Source: Rhodospirillales bacterium
GTDB lineage: Bacteria > Pseudomonadota > Alphaproteobacteria > Rhodospirillales > JANQFP01
Direction: 5' to 3'
Assembly: GCA_028277795.1 (NCBI GenBank)
Contig: JANQFP010000208.1
Span: 3,751 to 67,750 of the forward strand
DNA: 64,000 nt
The notes beneath the pieces were generated by a model. The model had not been told where the DNA came from. It saw nothing but the letters and a program-made list of their open reading frames with translations, and did no database searches. Both the position numbers and the translations under genes were made by a program. Numbering within the stretch: the first letter of the stretch is position 1; every line of letters begins with the position of its first letter. Positions 53,559-64,000 of the stretch are shown here, piece after piece.

Positions 53559-55721
53559 ATGACCCAATCGCGCGGTGGCGACGGCGCCGCGAGACCGCCG
53601 AAGGGCCGGCTCGTCCGCGGATCGCTGCAGTTCAACATCCTGATCATCTTCATCAGCCTGCTGGTGGCCATGACCGTCAGCGTGGCTTGGTACACCTATC
53701 AGAAGCAGTCCGAGGCGATCCTCGATCTGTCCGAGGACATCATCCACCAGGTCAGCGCCACCGCCATCGAGAAGACCGTCCGCTACCTGGAACCGCTGCG
53801 CCAGGCGGCGGAGACCACGGCCGCCGTCGCCGGCCGCGCCGCCTTCCTCGACCGCCGGCCGGAGCTGGTCGCCTACCTGGTCCGGACCCTGGCCGTGCAC
53901 GACCACTTCTACAGCCTCTACGTGGGCTACGCCGACGGCGATTTCCTGCAGGTCATCACCCTGCCGGAGGGCCTGCAGCGGTTCCGCCCCGACGACATGG
54001 CCGTGCCGCCGGGCGCCGTCCGCGTGGTGCGGCTCCTCGACCGGGACGGCGAGGACGCCGTCGAGACCTGGACCTACGTGGACGCCGACGGCCGCACCCT
54101 GGCCGTCGGGGAATCGTCCGAGGTGGTGTTCGACCCGCGGGTGCGCCCGTGGTACCAGGGCGCCGAGCAATCAGACGGGGCCTTCTGGAGCGACCTTTAC
54201 GTCTTCTTCAGCCTCGGCAAGCCGGGGCTGACCGCATCCAGCCCGGTGCGCGGCGCCGCTGGCGGCATCGAGGGCGTGGTCGGCGCCGACGTGGCGCTGG
54301 ACGCCCTGTCGGCCTTCCTCGCCGGCCAGCACATCGGGCAGTCGGGCGCGGCGTTCATCATCAACTCCCGCGACGAGCTGGTCGCCTTTCCCGATCCGGC
54401 GCGGGTGGTCGCCACCGACGGCGGCCGGCCGCGGCCCGTGGTCATCGACGAGCTCGGCGAGGCCGGCCTGTCGGCGGCGGTGGCGGCGCGCCGGGAGGGC
54501 GGCGCCGCGCGCGCCATCGTCGAGGCCGACGGCATCAGCTTCATCTCCGCCTTCACCGCCTTTCCGCCGTCCTTCGGCAAGGACTGGACCATCGGCGTCG
54601 TGGTGCCGGTGGACGACTTCGTCGGCACCGTCAAGGAGACCAACCAGACCAGCCTCGCCATTTCGCTGGTGGTGCTGCTGGTCGGCATCGTCGTCATCGT
54701 CGTCGTCTCGCGCTGGATCTCCCGGCCCATCCGCAACCTGGCCGGGGAGGCGCGCAAGATCCGCGACCTGGACCTGGACGGCACCATCGAGGTGCCGTCC
54801 CACGTGGCCGAGGTCCGCGAGCTGGCCGAATCCATGGGCGCCATGAAGACCGCCGTCCAGGCCCTGGGCAAGTTCGTGCCCAAGGGCCTGGTGCAGGAGC
54901 TGATGGACAGCGGCGTCGAGATCGAGCTCGGCGGCCGCAACCGCGAGCTGACGGTGATGTTCACCGACATCGACGGCTTCGCCACCATCTCCGAGCACAT
55001 GGCGCCCGAGGCCCTGATGCTGCAGGTCTCCGACTACTTCGAGGAGCTGACCGTGGTCCTGCGCGACCACCGGGCCACCATCGACAAGTACATCGGCGAT
55101 TCGATCATGGCCTTCTGGGGGGCGCCCGCCGCCAACCTCGATCACGCCGGCGACGCCTGCATGGCCGTTCTGTTCGCCGACCGGCGGACCCAGGCGTTGA
55201 ACGCGCAATGGCGCGGCACCGGCAAGCCGTCCTTCGTCACCCGGTTCGGCCTGCATTGCGGCGAGACCGTGGTCGGCACCCTCGGCTCCTCGGAGCGCAT
55301 GAGCTACACGGTGCTCGGCGACACCGTGAACCTGGCCTACCGGCTCGAAGGCCTCAACAAGACCTACGGAACCCGCATCTGCGTCAGCCAGGACATCCAC
55401 GGCCGGGTCGAGGACCGCTTCCTCCTGCGGCCGCTGGACATCGTGGCGGTGAAGGGCCGCCAGCAGGGGACCTTCGTCTACGAGCTGCTGGGCGCCCGCG
55501 AAGGCGACCCGGACGTGGTCGCGCGGGCCCCCGACTACCGGCGGTGCCGCATGACGGAGGAGGGAATCGACGCTTACCTCGGCCGCCGCTGGGGCAAGGC
55601 CATCGCCGTGTTCACCGACCTGGCCGACGCCTTTCCCGACGACGGCCTGCCCGGCGTCTACCTGCCGCGGCTCAACGCCTACCGGACCCATCCGCCGCCG
55701 GATGACTGGAGAGGCATTTGA
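53559..55721 (+). CDS. Transmembrane Cache-HAMP class III adenylate/guanylate cyclase
   Basis: TM1 is ILIIFISLLVAMTVSVAWYTY. The periplasmic region is dCache-like (DPRVRPWYQGA). TM2 plus a HAMP domain follow (VVSRWISRPIRNLAGEARKI). The cyclase core contains VMFTDIDGFATISE and YIGDSIMAFWGAP. Confidence 0.9.
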   Translation: MTQSRGGDGAARPPKGRLVRGSLQFNILIIFISLLVAMTVSVAWYTYQKQSEAILDLSEDIIHQVSATAIEKTVRYLEPLRQAAETTAAVAGRAAFLDRRPELVAYLVRTLAVHDHFYSLYVGYADGDFLQVITLPEGLQRFRPDDMAVPPGAVRVVRLLDRDGEDAVETWTYVDADGRTLAVGESSEVVFDPRVRPWYQGAEQSDGAFWSDLYVFFSLGKPGLTASSPVRGAAGGIEGVVGADVALDALSAFLAGQHIGQSGAAFIINSRDELVAFPDPARVVATDGGRPRPVVIDELGEAGLSAAVAARREGGAARAIVEADGISFISAFTAFPPSFGKDWTIGVVVPVDDFVGTVKETNQTSLAISLVVLLVGIVVIVVVSRWISRPIRNLAGEARKIRDLDLDGTIEVPSHVAEVRELAESMGAMKTAVQALGKFVPKGLVQELMDSGVEIELGGRNRELTVMFTDIDGFATISEHMAPEALMLQVSDYFEELTVVLRDHRATIDKYIGDSIMAFWGAPAANLDHAGDACMAVLFADRRTQALNAQWRGTGKPSFVTRFGLHCGETVVGTLGSSERMSYTVLGDTVNLAYRLEGLNKTYGTRICVSQDIHGRVEDRFLLRPLDIVAVKGRQQGTFVYELLGAREGDPDVVARAPDYRRCRMTEEGIDAYLGRRWGKAIAVFTDLADAFPDDGLPGVYLPRLNAYRTHPPPDDWRGI

Positions 55722-55786
55722 CACCGGCGCGCCTTTGAACCGACTCGCGAAGCGCCGTCATGGCGCGCCGGGAAGCCCGCGCGGCG
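55722..55786. repeat. 65-nt palindromic intergenic repeat, copy B
   Basis: See copy A at 39191-39255. The arms CCGGCGCGCC (55724-55733) and GGCGCGCCGG (55762-55771) can form a 10-bp stem directly after the cyclase stop codon. Confidence 0.85.
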
Positions 55787-55866
55787 CTTGAGCGCCACCG
55801 CCTTCGCGTGAAGTGGCCCGGAGGGTCATTTCATCAGCGGGGCGGTATGGTGCGGGGTCGGTGCCG

Positions 55867-55998
55867 CCGGTCTGTCGTGTCATAAATCTGTCGTGTGCGG
55901 AGTCTGTCGCGTGGCCAGTCAGTCGCGTCGGCGCGTGACTCGGGCAGGTATGCGTCCGGCCGCCCCGGCGTCTGTCGCGCCGCATCTCTGTCGCGTCG
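55867..55998 (+). repeat. Array of TCTGTCG(Y)GT direct repeats with an exact 16-bp period
   Basis: Units begin at 55871, 55887, 55903 and 55919 (TCTGTCGTGT, TCTGTCGTGT, TCTGTCGCGT, TCAGTCGCGT). A second block begins at 55971 and 55987 (TCTGTCGCGC, TCTGTCGCGT). The array lies 385-510 bp upstream of tssB. Confidence 0.8.
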
Positions 55999-56273
55999 GG
56001 TCGACCCGTCGTCGCGAAGATTTCATGGGCGCGGGCGAGAGAAAGGGAGGGTGTGTTTTCCTCGGTCGAAGGAAAACCCAATAATGGCCTGGGGCGGGGT
56101 CGGGCCCGCGAGCCGGACCGCCGGATTCGAAAGAAGTGCCTGATTCGACGGTGATTCACCGATTTGTCCCCAACGCGGGCGGCGAGTGCCGATTCAGGAT
56201 CTGCCAACCTCGGCTGTCCTTCAACCCATCATGTTGGGGCCTTTATGGTTAACGGACTTCAGTCTTATTCCGT

Positions 56274-56292
56274 GAAAAAAACTATTTTTTTC
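56274..56292. promoter_or_regulatory. A7/T7 palindrome GAAAAAAA-cta-TTTTTTTC upstream of tssB
   Basis: It is a perfect 8+8 inverted repeat. It is the most AT-rich element in the window and lies 90 nt upstream of the tssB ATG. Confidence 0.4.
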
Positions 56293-56381
56293 GGGACTCG
56301 TTCCTGATAACCTCTGTCAACGACCCATAATAATGCCTCCACTTACTTGTGGAGTCGTTGAGTCCAGATAGAGCAGGGTAA

Positions 56382-56921
56382 ATGGCGGAAAGTATCCAAC
56401 ACAAACTCGACCGGGTTCGCCCGCCGCGGGTGCAGATCACCTACGACGTCGAGATCGGCGGCGCCATCGTGATGAAGGAGCTTCCCTTCGTCGTCGGCAT
56501 CCTGGCCGATCTCTCCGGCATGCCGGCCGAGCCCCTTCCCAAGCTCAAGGAGCGCAAGTTCGTCGAGATCGACCGCGACAACTTCAACGACGTGCTGGCC
56601 TCGGCCGCGCCGCGCCTGGCCTTCCGGGTGGACAACAAGCTCACCGAGGACGACACCCAGCTCAACGTCGAGCTCCACTTCAACAACATCGACGATTTCG
56701 AGCCGGTCAGCGTGCTCAAGCAGGTCGAGCCCCTGCGCCAGTTGTTCGAGGCGCGCCTGCGTCTGCGCGACCTGCTGGCCAAGCTCGACGGCAACGACGA
56801 CCTGGATGCGCTCCTGCGCGAGGTCATCGAGAGCACGGATCAGCAGGCCGAGCTGCGCAAGGCGATCGAGGCGGCCGCGCCCCAGGAAGAAGGCGGCGGC
56901 AAGGGCAAGGGCAAGAAGTAG
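56382..56921 (+). CDS. tssB: T6SS contractile sheath small subunit TssB (VipA)
   Basis: SIQHKLDRVRPPRVQITYDVEIGGAIVMKELPFVVGILADLSG is the canonical TssB N-terminus. Confidence 0.95.
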   Translation: MAESIQHKLDRVRPPRVQITYDVEIGGAIVMKELPFVVGILADLSGMPAEPLPKLKERKFVEIDRDNFNDVLASAAPRLAFRVDNKLTEDDTQLNVELHFNNIDDFEPVSVLKQVEPLRQLFEARLRLRDLLAKLDGNDDLDALLREVIESTDQQAELRKAIEAAAPQEEGGGKGKGKK

Positions 56922-57045
56922 CCGGGGCGGGCGGCACGTCAATCGGCGCCGTCGGCCGGTCCCGAGGGCGTCGGACGCAGCGACTCGCAGGCCCGTGAGT
57001 GACTGAGGCGGGACGCCGCCTGAGGGAGTTGCCAGGAGGACACCG

Positions 57046-58521
57046 ATGGCTGAGGAAAAACCGGAAAGCGGCGCCGCAGAAGGCGAAGACCTGCCGATTC
57101 TGGAAAGGATCATCCGCAAGGGCAAGATGGCCCGGGACGAGTCCCAGGAGGACTACGCCCGCGACCTGATCGGCGAGTTCGTCAAGGAGGTACTGGCCGA
57201 GGGGGCCACCGTCAGCGCCGACGCCGTGGCCGCCATCAACGACCGCATCGCCCAGATCGATGACCTGCTCAGCGCCCAGCTCAACGAGATCCTGCACGCG
57301 CCCGAGTTCCAGCGTCTGGAGGCGTCCTGGCGCGGCCTGCACTACCTGGTGATGAACACCGAGACGTCGACCCGCCTCAAGCTGCGCCTGCTCAACGCCA
57401 GCCGCGGTGACCTTCAGAAGGACCTGGAGAAGGCGGTCGAGTTCGATCAGAGCGCGCTGTTCAAGATGGTCTACGAGGAGGAGTACGGCACCTTCGGCGG
57501 CAACCCTTACAGCATGCTCATGGGTGACTTCGAGTTCAGCCGCCACCCGCAGGACATGGCCTTCCTCGACAAGCTGGCCGAGGTCGCGGCGGCGGCCCAT
57601 GCGCCCTTCATCGCCGCGGCGCATCCCCGCCTGTTCGACATGGACTCGTTCCTCGAGTTGGCCGGGCCGCGGGATCTGGCCAAGATCTTCGAGAGCGCCG
57701 AGCTCATCAAGTGGCGCTCCTTCCGCGACAGCGAGGATTCGCGGTACGTGGCGCTGGCCATGCCCCACATCCTGCTGCGCCTGCCGTTCGGCCCCGACAC
57801 GGTGCCGCTGGAGGAGTTCAATTTCGTCGAGGACGTGGACGGCAAGGACCACAGCAAGTACCTGTGGGGCAACGCCGCCTATGCCATGGCCCAGCGCATC
57901 ACCAATGCGTTCGCGCTGTATGGCTGGACGGCGGCCATCCGCGGCGTCGAGGGGGGCGGTCTGGTGGAGGGTCTGCCGGCCCACACCTTCCCCACCGACG
58001 ACGGCGACATCGCGCTCAAGTGCCCGACCGAGATCGCCATCACCGACCGCCGCGAGAAGGAGCTCAACGACCTGGGCTTCATCGCCCTGTGCCACTGCAA
58101 GGGCACCGACTACGCGGCCTTCTTCGGCGGCCAGACGGCCAACAAGCCCAAGGTCTACAACACCGACCAGGCCAACGCCAACGCGCGCCTGTCGGCCATG
58201 TTGCCGTATCTGCTCAACGCCTCGCGCTTCGCCCACTACATCAAGGCCATGATGCGCGACAAGATCGGCTCGTTCATGACCGCCGGCAACGTGTCGCGGT
58301 TCCTCAACACTTGGCTCACCGAGTACGTGCTGCTGGACGACGACGCGCCCCAGTCCATCAAGGCCCAGTACCCGTTGCGCGAGGGCCGCATCGACGTCAC
58401 CGAGATTCCCGGCAAGCCCGGCTGCTACAACGCCACGGTGTTCCTCAAGCCCCACTTCCAGTTGGAGGAGCTGACCGCGTCGATCCGGCTGGTCGCCGAG
58501 CTGCCGCCGCCGGCGGCGTAA
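57046..58521 (+). CDS. tssC: T6SS contractile sheath large subunit TssC (VipB)
   Basis: It is 491 aa, with EFQRLEASWRGLHYLV and other family-typical motifs, and it follows tssB. Confidence 0.95.
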   Translation: MAEEKPESGAAEGEDLPILERIIRKGKMARDESQEDYARDLIGEFVKEVLAEGATVSADAVAAINDRIAQIDDLLSAQLNEILHAPEFQRLEASWRGLHYLVMNTETSTRLKLRLLNASRGDLQKDLEKAVEFDQSALFKMVYEEEYGTFGGNPYSMLMGDFEFSRHPQDMAFLDKLAEVAAAAHAPFIAAAHPRLFDMDSFLELAGPRDLAKIFESAELIKWRSFRDSEDSRYVALAMPHILLRLPFGPDTVPLEEFNFVEDVDGKDHSKYLWGNAAYAMAQRITNAFALYGWTAAIRGVEGGGLVEGLPAHTFPTDDGDIALKCPTEIAITDRREKELNDLGFIALCHCKGTDYAAFFGGQTANKPKVYNTDQANANARLSAMLPYLLNASRFAHYIKAMMRDKIGSFMTAGNVSRFLNTWLTEYVLLDDDAPQSIKAQYPLREGRIDVTEIPGKPGCYNATVFLKPHFQLEELTASIRLVAELPPPAA

Positions 58522-58574
58522 GGGCGGCGCGCGGGACGCGGCAACGGTAACGCAAGCGAGGTTCGGAGAGAGAA

Positions 58575-59078
58575 ATGGACGCAATCGTCTTGGATTTCGG
58601 GAGCGGCGACGATGCGGTCGAGGGCGAATGCCAGCTCGAAGGCGAGGTCGGCAAGATCATGTGCCTCAGCTTCTCCCACGGGGTGACCATGCCCATGAGT
58701 TGGGACGTGGCCAACATGAAGCGGACCATCGGCAAGAGCCAGCACAACGACTTCACCATCACCAAGAAGGTGGACATCGCATCGCCGAAGCTGAATTTCT
58801 ACGCCTCGGTCGGACGGGAGTTCGCCGAGGTCAAGGTCCGGGTCTACCAGGCCGACGGCGAGGACGACTTCGTGCTCTATCAGGAGTTCGCCCTCACCGA
58901 GGCGGTGATGTCGGAGATGAGCACCGAAGGCGGTGGCGAGGATTCGGCGGTGGAGACCATCAACTTCAACTTCACCAAGATCAAGTGGCTGTACAAGAAG
59001 CAGCTCGCCGACGTGGGCCAGGAGGGCCAGTCGGCCTACGAGTTCGATCTGAAGGCGGCCAAGGGCGCCGCGGCCTAG
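58575..59078 (+). CDS. hcp: T6SS inner-tube protein Hcp (TssD)
   Basis: It is 167 aa. The Hcp1 pattern is present (FSHGVTMP...HNDFTITKKVDIASPKL...NFNFTKIKW). Confidence 0.9.
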   Translation: MDAIVLDFGSGDDAVEGECQLEGEVGKIMCLSFSHGVTMPMSWDVANMKRTIGKSQHNDFTITKKVDIASPKLNFYASVGREFAEVKVRVYQADGEDDFVLYQEFALTEAVMSEMSTEGGGEDSAVETINFNFTKIKWLYKKQLADVGQEGQSAYEFDLKAAKGAAA

Positions 59079-59085
59079 CGGGGCT

Positions 59086-59595
59086 GTGGGGCCCGTGGTA
59101 GCCGCCGGCAAGGACGGAGCCCCCGCGCCGCTGTTCGACCGCTTGGTCGATCTGCACCCCGAAGTGCCGGGGGAGCCCCGTCCGTTCCGCACACTTTCCC
59201 GAGACCAGCTCCGCGACTCCGTGCGCCGCGAGGTCGAAAGGCTGCTCAACACCCGGGCGCCGTTGACCCAGGAAGAGCTGGCCGGCCGGGCGCGCACGGT
59301 CATCGACTACGGCCTGCCCGACTTCGGCACCTTCTCGGTGACCAGCGGCGAGGATCGCTACCGGCTCGGCGTCTCCATCGCCGAGACCATCGAGATCTAC
59401 GAGCCGCGGCTCCGCGAGGTGGCGGCCGAGGTGGACACGGTGCGCCGGGCCGAGGGCGTCCTGGCGGTCAACATCGAGGCCCAGATCGTGGTCGGGCGCA
59501 TCATCGAGCCGGTGTCGTTCCCGGTGCTCATCCGTCAGGGGCGGGACGGGACCGCCGGCGAGCCGGAAGCGGTGGCGGCCGGCCATGAGGGGTAG
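59086..59595 (+). CDS. tssE: T6SS baseplate subunit TssE (gp25-like)
   Basis: PLFDRLVD...LRDSVRREVERLLNTR...DYGLPDF is the GPW/gp25 pattern. The start is a GTG at 59086 or 59095. Confidence 0.85.
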   Translation: MGPVVAAGKDGAPAPLFDRLVDLHPEVPGEPRPFRTLSRDQLRDSVRREVERLLNTRAPLTQEELAGRARTVIDYGLPDFGTFSVTSGEDRYRLGVSIAETIEIYEPRLREVAAEVDTVRRAEGVLAVNIEAQIVVGRIIEPVSFPVLIRQGRDGTAGEPEAVAAGHEG

Positions 59596-61396
59596 CTTCC
59601 AGGGCACCCTGCTCGACTACTACCAGCGCGAGCTCAGTTTCCTGCGCGAGATCGGCGCGGCGTTTGCCCGCAACTACCCCAAGATCGCTTCGCGCCTGCA
59701 GATCGGCCACGACGAGAGCCCCGATCCCCACGTGGAGCGGCTCATCGAATCCTTCGCCTTCCTGACCGGGCGGGTGCAGCTCGGCATCGACTCCGAGTTC
59801 CCGCTGATCCCGACGGCGCTGCTGGGCATCCTCTATCCGCATCTGCTGGAGCCGGTGCCGTCCATGGTCGTGGCCCGCATCGAGGCCGACCCCACCCAGG
59901 GCGAGCTGACCAGCGGCTTCCTCATCCCCCGCCATACGGCGCTGTTCACCGAGACCGAGCAGGGCGAGACCTGCCGCTTCCGCACCGGGACCGACGTCAC
60001 CCTGTGGCCCCTGGCGGTGACGGAGGCGGCCATCGAATCGGCCGACCAGTACGACTTCCTCGACGACACCGACATCGCCACGGTGCTGCGCATCCGCGTC
60101 GCCGCCCAGGGCGGCGCCACCCTTGCCGACATGGGCGTCGAACGGCTCCAATTCTACATTAACGCCGACCTGGAACGTGCCGGTTCCGTTTACGAAATCC
60201 TGTTCTCCAACGTGGCGGACGTGGTCGTGCTGCCGGACTACGCGGGTCCGCCGCGGGCCCTGTCGGGGGACGCGTTGCGGCCGGTGGGCTTCGCCGCCGA
60301 CGAGGCCCTGCTGCCCCATCCCGGCCAGGCCCATCCAGCCTACCGGCTGGTCCAGGAGTACTTCGCCTTCCCGGAGAAGTACCTGTTCTTCGACGTCGCC
60401 GAACTGTCCGGCCACGGCGCCGAGGCCGGGCTCGACATCCTGTTCCTGCTGAAGCAGACGCCGGACCGCCGCCTCACGGTGACCGCCGACACCTTCCTGC
60501 TTGGGTGCACGCCGGTCATCAACCTGTTTCCCCGGACCAGCGAGCCCATCCGGCTCGACCACACCCAGACCGAATACCGGCTGATCCCCGACTCGCGGTG
60601 GGAGCGGATCACCGAGATCCACTCCATAGAGCGCGTCTCGGCCTCGGCCGACGCCCGCGACGAGGCCCTGGCCTATGCGCCGTTCTTCTCCTTCGACCAC
60701 GCCACCGAGGGCAACGGCAGCACGGCGTTCTGGTACGCCAACCGGCACAACACAGAGCGGGCCGACCTGCCGGGGACCTACATGACCCTGTCCTTCGTCG
60801 ACCTGGAGTTCCGGCCCGCCATGCCGGCCGACCAGACGGTGTACGCCCACACCCTGTGCACCAACCGGGGGCTGGCCGACCAGGTGCCGCCGGGGGCCCT
60901 GCTGCAGATGGAGGAGGCGGCGCCGGTGGCCCGCATCTCGTGCCTGCGCAAGCCCACCGGGCAGATCCACGCGCCCCTCGGCGGGCCGGCCCTGTGGCGC
61001 CTGATCTCGCACCTGTCGGTCAACCATCTGTCCCTGGCCGGCGGCCCCGACAGCCTGGAGGCGTTGCGCGAGATCCTGCGGCTCTACACCCTGTCCACCC
61101 ACCCGGCCACCGAGCAGCAGATCCGCGGCATCCGCAGCCTGGAGGCGCGTCCCGTCGTGCGGCGGCGGGGGACGGACGCCTGGCGCGGCTTCGTCCGCGG
61201 CACCGAGGTCACCATGACCCTGGACGAGCGCTTCTTCGTCGGCGGCAGCGCCTTCCTGCTGGGCGCCGTGCTGAGCCGGTTCTTCGCCCTCTACGCGTCC
61301 ATCAACTCGTTCAGCCAGCTCGTGGTCCGTAACGCCCAACGCGAAGGGATCTGGAAGCAATGGCCGCCGGTCGGTGGCGAACAGGCCGTCCTGTAG
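59585..61396 (+). CDS. tssF: T6SS baseplate subunit TssF
   Basis: LLDYYQRELSFLREIGAAFARNYPKIASRL is the canonical TssF N-terminus. The protein is 603 aa. Confidence 0.9.
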   Translation: MRGSFQGTLLDYYQRELSFLREIGAAFARNYPKIASRLQIGHDESPDPHVERLIESFAFLTGRVQLGIDSEFPLIPTALLGILYPHLLEPVPSMVVARIEADPTQGELTSGFLIPRHTALFTETEQGETCRFRTGTDVTLWPLAVTEAAIESADQYDFLDDTDIATVLRIRVAAQGGATLADMGVERLQFYINADLERAGSVYEILFSNVADVVVLPDYAGPPRALSGDALRPVGFAADEALLPHPGQAHPAYRLVQEYFAFPEKYLFFDVAELSGHGAEAGLDILFLLKQTPDRRLTVTADTFLLGCTPVINLFPRTSEPIRLDHTQTEYRLIPDSRWERITEIHSIERVSASADARDEALAYAPFFSFDHATEGNGSTAFWYANRHNTERADLPGTYMTLSFVDLEFRPAMPADQTVYAHTLCTNRGLADQVPPGALLQMEEAAPVARISCLRKPTGQIHAPLGGPALWRLISHLSVNHLSLAGGPDSLEALREILRLYTLSTHPATEQQIRGIRSLEARPVVRRRGTDAWRGFVRGTEVTMTLDERFFVGGSAFLLGAVLSRFFALYASINSFSQLVVRNAQREGIWKQWPPVGGEQAVL

Positions 61397-62402
61397 AGGA
61401 CGTCCTTTTCGCCGAGCCCTATCGTTTCGACGTCTTCCAGGCGGTCAGCCTGCTCGAGGCCCGCGACCCCGACGCCGTGCCGGTGGGCGAGGGCACCGAC
61501 CCGGCGCGGGAGGCGGTGCGCTTCCGCTCCGGCGCCGGCCTCGGTTTCCCGGCCAGCCAGATCGCCGCCCTCGACCGCCCGGCCGCCGGTGAGCACACCG
61601 CCCCCATGGCGGTGAGCTTCATGGGCTTCACCGGGTACGCGGGCCCGTTGCCCGCCTCCTTCGCCGAGCTCATCCAGGCCCGCGCCTCCAAACGGGACTA
61701 CGCGCTCAGGGACTTCCTGGACCTGTTCGTCCACCGGCTCACATCCCTCATGGTGCGGGGGCGCAAGAAGCACCGCATCGGCCTCGACCGCCGCCACCCG
61801 GACCAGACCCATTTCGCCGACTACCTGTTCGCCCTGATGGGGCTGGGCACCGGCGCCCTGCGCCAACGCATGGCGGTGCGCGACCGGGCGTTGCTGGCCT
61901 TCGCCGGCCTGCTCAGCCAGCGGCCCCGCTCGGCCGTGGGGCTGGAGATCCTGCTCGGCCGGTATTTCCGCGTCCCCGTCCGGGTCCGCCAGTTCCTCGG
62001 CCGCTGGCTCGACATCAGCGAGGACGAGTGGACGGTGCTGGGCCGGGAGGGGCGCAACCGGCGCCTCGGTCAGGGCGCCGTCCTCGGCACCCGGACCTGG
62101 GTCCAGAACGACCTGTTCGAGCTCCGCGTGGGGCCGCTTTCCCTGGACCGCTTCCTCGACTTCCTGCCCGACAGGCCCGGGTTCGCCGGCCTGTGTGACC
62201 TGACCCGATTCTACGGCGGCACCGAGACCGACTTCGTCGTCCGCCTGGAGATCGAGGCGGCCCAGGTCCCGCCCCTGCGCCTGTCGGCTGCCGATGGCGT
62301 GGCGCGGCTGGGCTGGACCACCTGGCTCAAGACCGCCGAGTGGGCCGAGAACGATTCCCAGGTCAGGCTGCGGCCGCCCTTCGGAGTGTCCGCCTCGGTC
62401 CC

Positions 62403-62406
<4 letters not shown>
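61360..62406 (+). CDS. tssG: T6SS baseplate subunit TssG
   Basis: AEPYRFDVFQAVSLLE is the TssG N-terminal signature. The gene overlaps the tssF 3' end. Confidence 0.85.

Positions 62407-64000
<1,594 letters not shown>

Noticed and set aside
55893-56084. A 63-aa ORF (and the overlapping 55895-56143 ORF) across the 16-bp repeat array.
   Set aside because: A 16-bp period is not a multiple of 3, so the repeats are not in-frame coding repeats. The peptide is Arg/Cys/Val-rich with no RBS. I interpret the region as regulatory DNA.

Overview
High-GC (~68-70%) proteobacterial chromosomal segment. It is gene-dense, and I found no rRNA, tRNA, CRISPR array, transposase or integrase. Contents from left to right follow. 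(1) A truncated BTLCP cysteine peptidase. (2) A sigma-54 enhancer-binding protein placed divergently from a textbook -24/-12 promoter, which drives an SCP2-like / RND adaptor / RND permease operon. The permease carries a ~330-aa C-terminal extension. (3) A same-strand run of low-complexity exported proteins at 7985-15597. These include a Pro-rich protein, a GLGYG-repeat protein, two tandem GGPWGGYG-repeat mini-proteins and a LolA-like protein with a polyQ tail. They are followed by a ParA-type ATPase, a membrane-anchored Pro/Ala-rich TPR protein, a DUF302 protein and a dynamin-like GTPase. I consider this the best candidate for an undescribed system, possibly an extracytoplasmic coat or inclusion. 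(4) UspA plus a duplicated TRAP transporter arranged P-Q-M-P-M. (5) PPK2 / SixA-like phosphatase / PPK2. (6) A GH13 alpha-glucosidase, a retropepsin-like protease, a dodecin and an orphan KaiB. (7) A tightly coupled seven-gene envelope operon at 27917-36108. It combines three protease classes (TPR-trypsin-like S1, lipoprotein caspase C14, PDZ-S41) with DUF4384, DUF799-TPR and LPP20 lipoproteins, and is the second candidate novel system. (8) Miscellaneous genes: DUF599, a cNMP-binding protein, a GT2-like protein, hicBA, pncB, zntB, a PEP-CTERM protein and DUF2173. (9) A type VI secretion core cluster, with tssJKLM-tssA on the minus strand and tssBC-hcp-tssEFG-clpV on the plus strand. A SPOR-domain protein and a Cache-HAMP adenylate/guanylate cyclase are inserted at the divergent junction, and a 16-bp-periodic direct-repeat array lies upstream of tssB. 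Many long ORFs in the six-frame track are antisense or out-of-frame high-GC artefacts and are rejected. All family assignments come from motif recognition by eye, since no database search could be run.
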